64,000 nt of DNA from Anaeromyxobacter sp. (GTDB taxonomy: Bacteria; Myxococcota; Myxococcia; Myxococcales; Anaeromyxobacteraceae), in contig JASGJN010000025.1 of NCBI GenBank assembly GCA_049840735.1, positions 64,001-128,000 on the forward strand, in the 5' to 3' direction. This document shows positions 17,435 to 28,033 of the stretch, piece after piece (within the stretch, counting starts at the first letter, position 1; each line of letters starts with the position of its first letter). The position numbers and the translations under genes are program-made. Under the pieces are notes generated by a model. It was not told the DNA's origin and did no database searches. It saw only the letters and a program-made list of their open reading frames with translations.

Positions 17435-20400
17435 ACCACGCGCCGCGCCCCGCCCGCCGGCACGCGCGGGCCGGGCGTGAGCAGGCCGGCCAGGTTGAGC
17501 GGGTCGGCCGCCGAGAGCGACACCTGCTCCCCCTCGCGCGGCGCGCGCCGCACCGCCCGCAGCGCGTCCACCGCCTCGGGCAGCGCAAACTGCTCGCCGG
17601 AGCGGCCGGCGGCGAAGCGGCCGCCGCGCACCGTCCCGCGCGCCTCCAGCCGGCGCAGCACCCGCACCAGCTCGCGCCAGGGCGGCGCGCCCGGCTCGCG
17701 GGCCAGGAGGTCGCGGAAGACCACGCCGTAGCGGCGCAGCAGCTGCTGGGCCACGCGCTCCGCCAGCTCCGGCTCGCCCGCCGCGCCCGGCCCGGGCTCG
17801 GCCCCGCGCAGGAGCGACCAGCGCCCCCCGCCGCCGCGCCGCCCGCCGCCCAGCAGCGCGCGCAGCCCGGCGAAGCCGTCGCAGGTGGCCAGGCCGGCCG
17901 ACAAGAGCTCCCACAGCGCCGCCTCCACGTCCGCCGCCGGCCGCCCCGTGGCCGCGGCCAGCTCGGCCGGGAAGGAGGCCCCGCGCCGCTCCAGCGCGGC
18001 CCGGGAGATCGCGCGCGCCGGGGGAGAGCGCACCCCCGTTCGCGCTGAGCGTAGCCCCGCCAGCAGGCGGGGCGGAGTCGAAGCGCCTTCCCGCCGCCGC
18101 CAGCAGCCAGGGCAGGTCCTCGCGCAGCACCAGCGTCACCGGGGCCGCGCGGGTGGGCGTGAGCCGGCGCTCCCCCTCGCCGGCCGGCGAGGCCGCGGTG
18201 AGCCGTCCCCAGGCCACCTCGCCGGAGAGGCAGAGCGCGTCCAGCCAGGCCGGGTCGTAGCCGGCCACGCGCGCCGGCAGGAGCTCGCGCTCCCAGGCGC
18301 CGGCGGCGGCCTCGAACCCCTGCAGCTGCCCGATCACCTCCGCCAGGCCGCGCGCGCCGTGCAGCCGCGCGCCCGGGGCGGCGTGCTGCCAGCGCAGCAG
18401 GAAGCGGAGCAGGTCGGCGGTGGAGACCGGCTCGAATCTCCCGCCGCAGCCGGCCCAGGGTCAGCCGGTGGATGCGCGCCAGCAGCGTCCGCTCGCACCA
18501 GTGCGGCGCCTCGACGGACCAGGGCGCGCCGGGGAGGAACTGCCCGCGCAGCACCAGCCCCTCCGCCTCCAGCAGCTCCAGCGCGCCCGCCACCAGCCGC
18601 TCGGGCAGCGCCAGCCGCGCGGCCAGCGCCGCGGCCGTGAGCGGGCCGCTCCGCCCCACCCAGCCCCGCACCACCTCCGCCACCGCCGCCAGCTCGCCCG
18701 CCAGCGCGCCTCCGGCCAGCTCGGCGCGCTCGGTGGCCACGGCCCACCCCTCGCGCACCCGCGCCCGCCCCGCCGCGCCCAGCTCCGCCAGCAGCGGGCC
18801 CCAGCCGGCCGCGTGGGCCTCGCCGGCCGGCAGCAGCACCAGGTCGAGCAGCAGCGCGTGCAGCTCGTCGGCGTCGCGCAGGTCCGGCCTCACCTGCGCC
18901 TCCACCTCGGCGATGGCCTCCGGCGAGAGCGCGCCCAGCTCCGCCGCCTCCGCCGCCGGCAGCCCCCGCCGCACCGCCACCGCGCGCGCCCGCCGCTCCT
19001 CCAGCGGCGCGTCGTCCAGGTAGGCCCAGGGGCGGGCCCCGAGCAGCTCGTGCGCCAGCGGCGAGGGCTCGGGCGTGTCCACCGCCAGGAGCCGGATCTC
19101 GCCGCGGGCGATCTCGCCCAGCAGCGCGCGCAGCGCCGGCGCGTCCATGGCCTCGGTCAGGCAGTCGCGCAGCGCCTCGTGGACCAGCGGGTGATCCGGG
19201 ACCTCGATGGGCCCGCCGGGCGCGTTGTCCTGGCAGGCCACCTGGGCCGGGAAGACCGCCGCCAGCAGGTCCTCGGCCCGCATCCGCGCCACCGGCGGCG
19301 GCACCTTGCGCCCGCCCAGCACCCGCGGCAGCGCCAGCGCCCGGGTGGCCGCCCACCGCCAGCGGACGCCGAACATGGGCGCCTGCAGCACCGCCTGCGT
19401 CAGCACCTCGTCCACCGCGGCCTCGTTCACCAGGTGGAAGATCGACTCCAGCGGGAAGGCGTGCTGCGCGCCCAGCGAGAGGAGCACGCCCTCGTCGGTG
19501 GCCGCGGCCTGCAGCTCGAAGTCGAAGGTCCGGCAGAAGCGCTTGCGCAGCGCCAGCCCCAGGGCCCGGTTGACCCGCGCGCCCAGCGGCGCGTGCACCA
19601 CCAGCTGCATCCCGCCGCTCTCGTCGAAGAAGCGCTCCGCCACGAAGGTGCGGCGGGTGGGCAGCGCGCCCAGCGCCGCCCTGCCGGCGGCCAGGTACTC
19701 CACCACCAGCCGCGCGCCCGCTGGCGGCAGCGCGCACTCCGCCTCCAGCCAGGCCGCCGCCGCGGCCGGATTCGGGGAGCCGCGGCTCCAGGTCCTCGCG
19801 CAGGGCCGAGACCTCGGTCGACAGCTCGCGGCTGCGCCCCGGCGCCTCGCCGTTCCAGAACGGGACCGTGGGCGGCGCGCCGCGGGCGTCCTCGACCCGC
19901 ACCGCCGCCGCCTCCACCCGGCGCACGCGCCAGCCGGTGTTGCCCAGCAGGAAGACGTCGCCGGCCAGGCTCTCCACCGCGAAGTCCTCGTCCACCTGGC
20001 CGACCACCACCCCCTCCGGCTCGGCCACCACCGCGTACTGGGCGGTGTCCGGGATGGTGCCGGCGCCGGTGAGCGCCGCCAGCCGCGCCCCGCGCCGGCC
20101 GCGCACCGTGCCGCTCACGCCGTCGCGGTGCAGGAGCGCGGCGCGCCGGCCGCGCCGGGCCACCCCCTCGGCCAGGAGCGCCAGCACCGCGTCGAAGGCG
20201 GCGCGTGGCAGGTCGCGGTAGGGCCAGGCCCGGGTGACCAGCGCGTAGAGCCGGTCCTCGTGGATGGGGGCGCAGCTCGCCTCGGCGGCCAGCTGCTGCG
20301 CGAGCACGTCCAGCGGCGCCTCCGGCGCGCGCAGCGCCTCCAGCGTCCCGCGGCGCAGCCCGCGCACCAGCGCGGCGCACTCCACCAGCTCGTCGCGCGT

Positions 20401-21544
20401 GACCGGGTAGAGCCGCCCCCTGGGCACGGCGCCGTCCACGTGGCCGGCCCGGCCGATCCGCTGCAGCCCCACGCCCAGCGCGCCCGGCGAGCCGAGCTGC
20501 ACCACCAGCTCGACCGCGCCCACGTCGATGCCCAGCTCCAGCGAGGCGGTGGCCACGATGGCCTTGAGCTGCCCGGCCTTGAGCCGCTCCTCCGCGTCCA
20601 GGCGGCGCTCGCGGGCCAGGCTGCCATGGTGGGCGGCCACCGTCCCCGGCCCCAGCCGCTCCTCCAGCGCGTGCGCGGCCCGCTCCGAGAGCCGGCGCGT
20701 GTTGACGAAGACCAGCGTGGAGCGGTGGGCCCGCACCTGCGCCGCCACGCGGTCGTAGGTGTCGGCCCACAGCTCATTCGACGCCACCGAGGAGAGCTCG
20801 TCGCGCGGCACCTCCACGCCCAGGTCGAGCGGGCGGCGGCGCCCCACCTCCACCACCGTGCAGCGCGGCTCGCCGCGCGGGCCGGTCCGGGCCGCGCCCA
20901 CCAGGAAGCGGGCCACCTCGTCCAGCGGCTCGATGGTGGCGGAGAGGCCGAGGCGCTGCGGCCGGCGCCGGGCCAGCGCCTCCAGCCGCTCCAGCGAGAG
21001 CGCCAGGTGGGCGCCGCGCTTGTCCCGCGCCACGGCGTGGATCTCGTCCACGATCACCGTCTCGACGTCCCCCAGCAGCGCCCGGCCGCGCTCGGCGGTG
21101 AGGAGCAGGTAGAGCGACTCCGGCGTGGTGACCAGCACGTGCGGCGGCCGGCGGATGATGGCCTCGCGCCGCGCGCCCGGCGTGTCGCCGGTCCGGACCG
21201 CCATCCGCAGCTCAGGCACCGCCAGCCCCAGCTCGCCGGCCGCGGCGCGGATGCCGGCCAGCGGCTGGCGCAGGTTGCGCTCCACGTCGTTCGAGAGCGC
21301 GCGGAGCGGCGACACGTAGACCACCCGCGTGCGGTCCTGGAGGGCGCCCGCCTCGGCCTCCCGCACCAGCCCGTCCAGCGCCGACAGGAACGCCGCCAGC
21401 GTCTTTCCCGAGCCGGTCGGGGCCGAGACCAGCACGTCCTTGCGGGCGGCGATGGCCGGCCAGGCCAGCCGCTGCGGCGCGGTGGGCGGGGAAGCGCCCC
21501 TCGAACCAGCGGCGCACGGCGGGGTGGAACGGGGTCAGCGGCAC
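17365..21544 (-). CDS. lhr: Lhr-like large DEAD/DEAH-box helicase (several apparent frameshifts)
   Basis: Pieces in successive frames: FHPAVRRWF; APTGSGKT, DEIH, LSAT, SLELGID, QRIGRAGH; ERFFDESGGMQ; GQLQGFE; LRRYGVVFRDLL, GGRF..G.SGEQF, SAADPLN. Breaks near 21480, 19770, 18435 and 18003. Confidence 0.88.
18036..18085 (+). repeat. REP-like element located inside the lhr coding sequence
   Basis: CCGTTCGCGCTGAGCGTAG-CCCCGCCAGCAGGCGGGG-CGGAGTCGAAGCG has the same core as the intergenic copies. It reads RFDSAPPAGGATLSANG in the lhr frame. Confidence 0.88.
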
Positions 21545-21689
21545 CGCTCCTCGATAACGCCCCGCCCAGGTTGACGCCGGAATCAACCGAGGCCCTTAAG
21601 ATCCTGGCGCGGCGCGTCAGCCCCGTGGGGGGCGGCCGGCGCCGCTGCTTTCCTGAGGTCCGAGGCCAGAGGCCTCGAAGGAGCCGATC

Positions 21690-22187
21690 ATGCTGCTCAA
21701 GGAGACCGCGCTCGTCCGGCTGCTGGGGCTCAAGATCCCCATGCTCTTCTTCCTGGGACCGCGGGTGGAGCGGCTCGACGACGCCGGCTGCGAGGTCAAG
21801 ATCCGGCTCACCTGGCGATCCCGGAACGGGCTCATCGGCGCGATGTACTTCGGCGCGCTCTGCGCCGGCGCCGACCTGGCCGGCGGGCTCAACGCGGCGC
21901 GGGCCATCTGGGGCAAGCACAAGGGCGTGAAGCTGGTCTTCGCCGACCTGCACGCCCAGTTCCTCAAGCGCGCCGACGGCGACGTGATCTTCCGGTACAC
22001 CGGCGGGACGCGCACGGAGGAGGCGGTGCGCGAGGCCGACGAGACCGGCGAGCGGGTGACGCTGCCGGTGGAGGTGGTGGCGCTGGTGCCGGACAAGTAC
22101 GGCGAGGAGCCGGTGGCCCGCTTCACCATGAACATCTCGCTCAAGCGGAAGGGTGACCGGCCCGCTGCCCAGCGCCCGGCCGCCTGA
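21690..22187 (+). CDS. DUF4442 / PaaI-like hotdog thioesterase family protein
   Basis: RNGLIGAMYFGALCAGADLAGG and FLKRADGDV. RBS AAGGAG. Confidence 0.8.
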   Translation: MLLKETALVRLLGLKIPMLFFLGPRVERLDDAGCEVKIRLTWRSRNGLIGAMYFGALCAGADLAGGLNAARAIWGKHKGVKLVFADLHAQFLKRADGDVIFRYTGGTRTEEAVREADETGERVTLPVEVVALVPDKYGEEPVARFTMNISLKRKGDRPAAQRPAA

Positions 22188-22189
22188 TC

Positions 22190-23396
22190 ATGGACTTCGC
22201 AGAGTCGGAGAAGGTCCAGGGCCTGCGCAAGCTGGCGCGCGACTTCATCGAGCGCGAGGCCATCCCGCTGGAGCCGGCGCTGCGGCGCGAGGGGTGGAAG
22301 GCGCTGCTGCCACGGCTCACGCGGCTGCGCGCGCGGGCCCGCGAGACGGGGCTGTGGGCGCCGTCCATGCCAGCCGAGGTGGGCGGGGCCGGGCTCACGC
22401 TCACCGAGCTGGCGCACCTGGGCGAGGAGCTGGGGCGGAGCCCCGTCGGCCACTGGCTCTTCAACGCGCAGGCGCCGGACGCCGGCAACATGGAGATCCT
22501 GCTGCAGCACGGCACCGAGGCGCAGCGGGAGCGGTTCCTGCGGCCGCTGGTGCGCGGCGAGGTCCGCAGCTGCTTCACCATGACCGAGCCGGAGCACGCC
22601 GGCTCCAACCCGGTCTGGCTCGGCACCACCGCACAGCGCGAGGGCGGCGAGTGGGTGCTGCGCGGGCACAAGTGGTTCGCCACCGGGGCCGACGGCGCGG
22701 CCTTCGCCATCTGCATGGCGGTCACCGCGCCCGACGCGCCGGATCCCTACCAGCGGGCCAGCATGATCATCGTGCCCACCGACACCGCCGGCTACGAGCT
22801 GGTGGGGAACCTCTCCATCATGGGCGATCGCGGCGGCGACTGGGCCAGCCACGGCGAGGTGGCCTACCACGGCGCGCGGGTCCCGCTCGATCACCTGCTG
22901 GGCGGCGAGGGCATGGGATTCGTGATCGCCCAGGAGCGGCTGGGGCCGGGGCGCATCCACCACTGCATGCGCTGGGTCGGCGTCTGCGAGCGGGCCTTCG
23001 ACCTGATGTGCCGCCACGCCGCCACGCGCGAGCTGGCGCCGGGCAAGCCGCTCGGCACCCGGCAGCTGGTGCAGGGGTGGATCGCCGAGAGCCGGGCCGA
23101 GATCCACGCCGCGCGGCTGATGGTCCTGCACGCCGCCTGGAAGATCGAGACGCAGGGCGCCTACGAGGCGCGCGAGGAGATTCTCGCTCATCAAGCTGAC
23201 CGTGGCCCGCACGCTGGGGCGGGTGCTGGACCGGGCGCTGCAGACGCTGGGCGGGCTGGGCATGACCGACGACACGCCGCTCGCGTTCTGGTGGGCGCAC
23301 GAGCGCGGCGCCCGCATCTACGACGGCGCCGACGAGGTGCACGTGGACGCGGTGGCCCGCCGGATCCTGCGGCGGTACGGGATGAAGTCGAGGTGA
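22190..23396 (+). CDS. Acyl-CoA dehydrogenase (ACAD10/11-like subgroup; frameshift near 23185)
   Basis: FNAQAPDAGNMEIL, CFTMTEP, GHKWF and ERLGPGRIHHCMR. The C-terminus ARIYDGADEVH is in frame 23202..23396. Confidence 0.9.
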
Positions 23397-24472
23397 GTGG
23401 AGGAGCCGTGCTGCGCGAGGCCTCGCACCCCATGCGCCGCGGCGAGGCGCTGGACGTCGCCGCGGTGGACGCCTGGCTGCGGACGGTGGTGCCAGGGCTG
23501 GAGGGAGTCCCCGAGGTCACGCAGTACTCGGGCGGCGCCTCCAACTGGACCTACCGGCTGCGCTACCAGGACCGCGACCTGGTGCTGCGCCGCCCGCCGG
23601 CCGGCACCAAGGCCCGCTCGGCCCACGACGTGGCGCGCGAGTACCGGATCCAGGCCGCGCTCCGCCCCTGGTTCCCGTACGTGCCGGGCATGGTGGGCCT
23701 GTGCCAGGACCCGGCCGTGCTGGGGGTGGACTTCTACGTCATGGAGCGGCTGGAGGGGCTCATCCCGCGCCGCAACCTGCCCCCGGGGCTCTCGCTCGCG
23801 CCGGCGGAGGCGCGGCGGCTCTGCGCCGGGCTCTGGGACCGGCTGGTGGACCTGCACCAGGTGGACGTCGCCGCCGCGGGGCTCTCCGGGCTGGGCAAGG
23901 GGCCGGGCTACGCGCGCCGGCAGGTGGAGGGCTGGTCGGAGCGGTACCAGAAGGCGCGCACCTGGAACGTCCCGGACTTCGGGCGGGTGCGGGCCTGGCT
24001 GCGGGAGCGGACGCCGGAGGACCTGGGCGCCTGCCTCATCCACAACGACTGGCGGCTCGACAACGTGGTGCTCGACCCGGGCGACCCGGCCCGCATCGTG
24101 GGCGTGCTGGACTGGGAGATGGCCACCGTCGGCGATCCGCTCATGGACCTGGGGAGCGCCCTGGCCTACTGGGTGGAGCCGCGGGATCCCTGGCCCATGC
24201 GCGCGACCCGCCGTCAACCCAGCGGCCTGCCGGGCATGCTGCGCCGCGCCGAGGTGGTGGAGCGCTACCTGGACAGGACCGGGCTCCGGCCGGACGGCTG
24301 GGTCTTCTACGAGGTCTTCGGCCTGTTCCGGCTGGCGGGCATCGCGCAGCAGATCTACTTCCGCTACCATCACCGCCAGACCCGCAACCCGGCGTTCCGC
24401 CACTTCTGGCTCATGGTCCATTTCCTCCACCGGCGCTGCCTGCACCTCCTCCGCCGCGACGGGCGCGGATGA
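23393..24472 (+). CDS. Aminoglycoside-phosphotransferase-family kinase (ACAD10/11 kinase-like)
   Basis: GGASNWTY, LRRPP, HNDWRLDN and LDWEMATVGDP. GTGA overlap with the upstream stop. Confidence 0.9.
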   Translation: MSGGAVLREASHPMRRGEALDVAAVDAWLRTVVPGLEGVPEVTQYSGGASNWTYRLRYQDRDLVLRRPPAGTKARSAHDVAREYRIQAALRPWFPYVPGMVGLCQDPAVLGVDFYVMERLEGLIPRRNLPPGLSLAPAEARRLCAGLWDRLVDLHQVDVAAAGLSGLGKGPGYARRQVEGWSERYQKARTWNVPDFGRVRAWLRERTPEDLGACLIHNDWRLDNVVLDPGDPARIVGVLDWEMATVGDPLMDLGSALAYWVEPRDPWPMRATRRQPSGLPGMLRRAEVVERYLDRTGLRPDGWVFYEVFGLFRLAGIAQQIYFRYHHRQTRNPAFRHFWLMVHFLHRRCLHLLRRDGRG

Positions 24473-25158
24473 GCACCATCGTCCTGGTCCGCCACGGGCA
24501 GGCGTCCTTCGACGCCGAGGACTACGACCAGCTCTCCGAGCTCGGGATTGAGCAGGCCCGCCGCACCGGCCAGGCGCTGGGCGGCCGCGTCCCCGGGCTG
24601 GAGGCGGTCTACGTCGGCACGCTGCGCCGGCAGCAGCAGACCGCCGAGCACTGCCTGGCGGCGCTGGGCGGCGCGCCGCAGCCGGTGGCGCTGCCGGGCC
24701 TGGACGAGTTCGACCACCGCGAGATCCTGCTCCGCTACGAGCCGCGCTACGCCGAGCGGACCGCGCTGGTGGCCGACCTGGTGTCCACCGGCGACCCGCG
24801 CCGCGCCTTCCAGGAGCTCTTCTCCGCCGCGCTGGCCCGCTGGACCTGCGGCGCGCACGACGCCGAGTACGGGCTGCCCTGGCCCGGCTTCCAGCGGCGC
24901 AGCCTGGCGGCCCTGGAGCAGGTGGCCTCGGCGCTGGGGCGCTCCCGCACCGCGCTGGTCTTCAGCTCGGCCGGCCCCATCACCGCCATCTGCCAGGGGC
25001 TGCTGGGGCTGACCGACGACGCCGCCGGCCGGCTGGCCGGGGCGCAGGTGAACTGCGGGATCTCCAAGGTGATCCGCAGCGAGCGCGGGCTGATGCTCTC
25101 CAGCTTCAACGACCACGCCCACCTGGAGGGCGAGGCGCGGCTCATCAGCTACCGCTGA
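24469..25158 (+). CDS. Histidine phosphatase (phosphoglycerate mutase family)
   Basis: LVRHGQASF...YDQLS and SFNDHAHL. ATGA overlap. Confidence 0.9.
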   Translation: MSTIVLVRHGQASFDAEDYDQLSELGIEQARRTGQALGGRVPGLEAVYVGTLRRQQQTAEHCLAALGGAPQPVALPGLDEFDHREILLRYEPRYAERTALVADLVSTGDPRRAFQELFSAALARWTCGAHDAEYGLPWPGFQRRSLAALEQVASALGRSRTALVFSSAGPITAICQGLLGLTDDAAGRLAGAQVNCGISKVIRSERGLMLSSFNDHAHLEGEARLISYR

Positions 25159-25160
25159 GG

Positions 25161-25359
25161 CCTGGCCTTCGACTCCGCGCCCGCTGCGCGGGCGCTACGC
25201 TCAGGCCGAACGGATCGTCGGCCCACTGTGCTTCAGTTCCGTCCGGCCTGAGCGTCAGCTCCGTCCGGCCTGATCGTCAGCCCCGTCCGGCCTGATCGTC
25301 AGCCCCGTTCGGCCTGAGCGTAGCCGTCGCCGCCGGCGACGGCGGAGTCGAAGGCCAGG
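25161..25359. repeat. Inverted REP pair (REPIN/BIME-like) with internal 22-bp tandem repeats
   Basis: Reverse copy at 25161-25213 and forward copy at 25305-25359. CCGTCCGGCCTGA(G/T)CGTCAGCY units at 25239, 25261 and 25283. Confidence 0.9.
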
Positions 25360-25442
25360 AGCCGAGGCCAGGAGCCGGAAGCGTGGCGCCCCGGGCCCAA
25401 CTTCGGATACCGCTCCCGCCCCAGCCCGGCTAAGCTCCTGTC

Positions 25443-26756
25443 ATGGTGCTCCCGCTCCTCACCGCCCTGGCGCTCGCTGCCCAGACGCCAACGGCTGCGG
25501 TGCTCCACGTCGAGGACGACTACCCCCGCGCCCTGGCCGAGGCCCGGCAGCGGCAGCTGCCGCTGCTGGTCGAGGTCTGGGCGCCCTGGTGACCCAGCTG
25601 TCGCTTCATGCGGGCCTACGTCTTCACCGACCGTAAGCTCCTGAAGCTGGCCGGGCGGTCTGTCCGGCTCGACATCGACACCGAGAACCCCGCCAACGGC
25701 ACGTTCGTCGAGCGGTTTCCCATCGACGCCTGGCCGACGCTGCTGGTGATCGACCCGGCCACCGAGCAGGTGGTGGTGCGCTGGGTGGGCACCGCCACGG
25801 CCGACGACGTGGTGCAGCTGGCGCTGGACGGCGAGAAGGCGGTCAAGGCCGAGCGGCGCTCGCGCGCCGACGCAGCGCTGGCGCGCGCCGACGCGCTGAT
25901 GGGCGAGCGCAAGCACGGCGAGGCCGCCGCGGCCTACGCCCAGGCGCTGGCCGAGGGCGGCAAGCGCTGGCCGGCCCGCGAGCGCGCGGCGGAGAACCGC
26001 GTGCAGGCGCTGAGCTTCGTCGAGGACCAGGCGCCCTGCGCCGCGGCGGCGAAGGAGCTCCTGCCGCTGGTGGAGGACGTGAACCGCCGGGCCCGGATCC
26101 TCGAGTCGGGGCTCTCCTGCGCCCTGGCGCTGGACGACCAGCAGGCGCAGCTGGCCGCGGTCGCGCCGCTGGAGCCGGCGGCGCGCCGCCTCCTGAAGGA
26201 CCGGGCCGTGCTGGCCAACGATCGCTCCGGGCTCTACGAGCTCCTGCTGGGCGCGCAGGAGGCGCGCGGGGACGAGGCCAAGGTCCGCGCCCTGGCCGGC
26301 CAGTGGTGGGCCTTCCTGGAGCGCGAGACGGTCCGGGCGCCCACCGCGCTGGCCAGGTCGTCCTACAACTCGGCGCGCGTCTCGGCCGCCGTGGCGCTGG
26401 GCGAGCCGGCCCGCGCCCTGCCGGCGCTGCAGGCCTCCGAGCGCGAGCTGCCGGGCGAGTTCACGCCGCCGGCCTCGCTGGCCTACCTCTACCTGGAGCT
26501 CGGGCGCCCCGCCGACGCCAGGGCCGCGGCGGACCGCGCGCTGGCGCTGGCGCAGGGGCCGCGCCGCGTGCGCGTGCTGACGCTGCGCGCCCGGGCCGAG
26601 CGCGACCTGGGCGAGCTCGCGGCCGCCCGCGCCTCTGCCGCCGAGGCCGTGAAGCTGGGCGAGAGCTACGCGCCCGGGCAGCGGCCGGAGGGCTACCTGC
26701 GCGCGGCCCGCAAGCTGGCCGGGGAGCTGGAGGCGTCCGGCGCGCCGGCGCCGTGA
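25443..26756 (+). CDS. Exported thioredoxin-like + TPR protein, probable selenoprotein (UGA at 25590-25592, W-U-P-S-C)
   Basis: ATG 25443 gives a signal peptide and EDDYPRALAEARQRQLPLLVEVWAPW, then TGA-CCC-AGC-TGT (U-P-S-C), in frame with ORF 25608..26756 (FPIDAWPTLLV cis-Pro loop, then TPR-like helices). TAAGCT lies 6 nt before the ATG. Confidence 0.8.
25603..25647 (+). promoter_or_regulatory. Candidate bacterial SECIS stem-loop
   Basis: By-eye pairing GCTTCA/TGAAGC, GGGC/GCTC, TAC/GTA and GTC/GAC with loop TTCACC about 30 nt after the UGA. The loop lacks the consensus G. Confidence 0.45.
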
Positions 26757-26844
26757 GGGTCCCGGCCATTCTGGGCGCGGCGGTCGCGAAGCTCCCCGGA
26801 CACCCTGGGGCCCCGGTCAGTCTGGGCCGCGGCGGCCGCGAAGG

Positions 26845-26906
26845 CCCCCGGTCATCCTGAGCGTAGCGGCCGCGCAGCGGCCGCGGAGTCGAAGGACGAC
26901 CGGGGG
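26845..26906 (+). repeat. REP-like element (GTCATCC variant), preceded by degenerate partial copies from about 26761
   Basis: CCCCCGGTCATCCTGAGCGTAG-CGGCCGCGCAGCGGCCG-CGGAGTCGAAGGACGACCGGGGG, between convergent genes. Confidence 0.88.
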
Positions 26907-26911
26907 AGCGC

Positions 26912-28033
26912 TCAGTCGTACTCCGCGGCCGAGGCCAGCTCGAGGAGCTCGTCCTGCAGCGGCTCGAACCGCTCGGCCAGCGCCAGGACCAGCACCACCA
27001 CGACCTGGCGCTCCCCGGCGCCGAGGATCACCCAGCCCTGCAGCTCCCGGCCGTCCTGCGTCATGGCGGCGTGGATGGCCATGGCTCGCCCGGACGGGAC
27101 CTCCACCACCATGCGCTCGAGCTCACGGAAGTTGCCGGGCCGCTTCTCCAGCTCGCTGACCGCCCCGTCGGTCAGCTCCTCGAGGCTCGCGGTGACCGGG
27201 CCGGGCGTGGGGAAGCGGTTCAGCATCGCGACCGCGCCCTCCTCCGGCCAGATCGCGGCGGCGTCCACGCTGGGCGCGAGGTTGGCGCGGAGGTGCCAGC
27301 GGCCCTCCGGCAGCGGCAGCCGCAGGTGGCCGCCCCTGGCCTCCAGCACGGCGCAGTGGCGGCGGCCGTCGAGGACGTCCGCGACCACTCCCTCGGTGGC
27401 GAACTCCACCGCTGGCACGGTGGCGGCGAGCAGCCCGAGCGTGAGCGCGCTGCTGGCCAGGAGACCACCAGCCCCGCCCCGCAGGGCCCCGGGGGCGCCC
27501 AGCAGCAGCGCCACCATGCCGGCGGAGAAGGTGAGCTGGAGCAGGGCGATCATGGGCCCTGCGTGGGTCCACAGGAACACCGTCAGGAGGACGCCGCCCA
27601 GGATGGCGCGCGCCAGCGCCCAGGGCTGGGCGTGGGCCTTGCCGGCGAGGAGCATTCCGCCGAGGAACAGGTCCACCACCGGTGCCACCACGGCCACGCC
27701 GGTGGCGGAGTTCGCGGCCAGCCCGGTCTTGATGAGCAGGAACACGGCCACGGCGGTGTTGGCCAGGAGGATCAACCCCGCCGCGCGCCAGGCCAGCGGC
27801 GCCGGCTCCTCCTCCGAGCCGGAGCCCCGGGGGACCGCCACGCGCGGGCGCGCGGCGGAGCCGGGCGGCAGCGGGGCGGCCGCACCAGGCGCGGAGCCCG
27901 GGTCGAAGGGCGGCGGCTCGAAGGCCGCGAGCTCGGGCGAGGCAGGGCCGGCGGACTTGCCGCAGCGCGGGCAGAGGCCGTCCGGACGGAGCGTGTGCTT
28001 GAGCCCGCAGCCTGCGCAGGTGGACCACGACAT
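26912..28033 (-). CDS. Membrane protein with N-terminal zinc ribbon
   Basis: MSWSTCAGCGLKHTLRPDGLCPRCG, a Pro-rich linker, about 5 TM helices and a soluble C-terminus. GGGAGG RBS. Confidence 0.7.
   Translation of the reverse strand: MSWSTCAGCGLKHTLRPDGLCPRCGKSAGPASPELAAFEPPPFDPGSAPGAAAPLPPGSAARPRVAVPRGSGSEEEPAPLAWRAAGLILLANTAVAVFLLIKTGLAANSATGVAVVAPVVDLFLGGMLLAGKAHAQPWALARAILGGVLLTVFLWTHAGPMIALLQLTFSAGMVALLLGAPGALRGGAGGLLASSALTLGLLAATVPAVEFATEGVVADVLDGRRHCAVLEARGGHLRLPLPEGRWHLRANLAPSVDAAAIWPEEGAVAMLNRFPTPGPVTASLEELTDGAVSELEKRPGNFRELERMVVEVPSGRAMAIHAAMTQDGRELQGWVILGAGERQVVVVLVLALAERFEPLQDELLELASAAEYD

Noticed and set aside
22190..24472. Natural ACAD-kinase fusion (760 aa ORF)
   Set aside because: The ACAD C-terminus (ARIYDGADEVH) is in another frame with its own stop at 23396. 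The fusion arises from a single indel near 23185.
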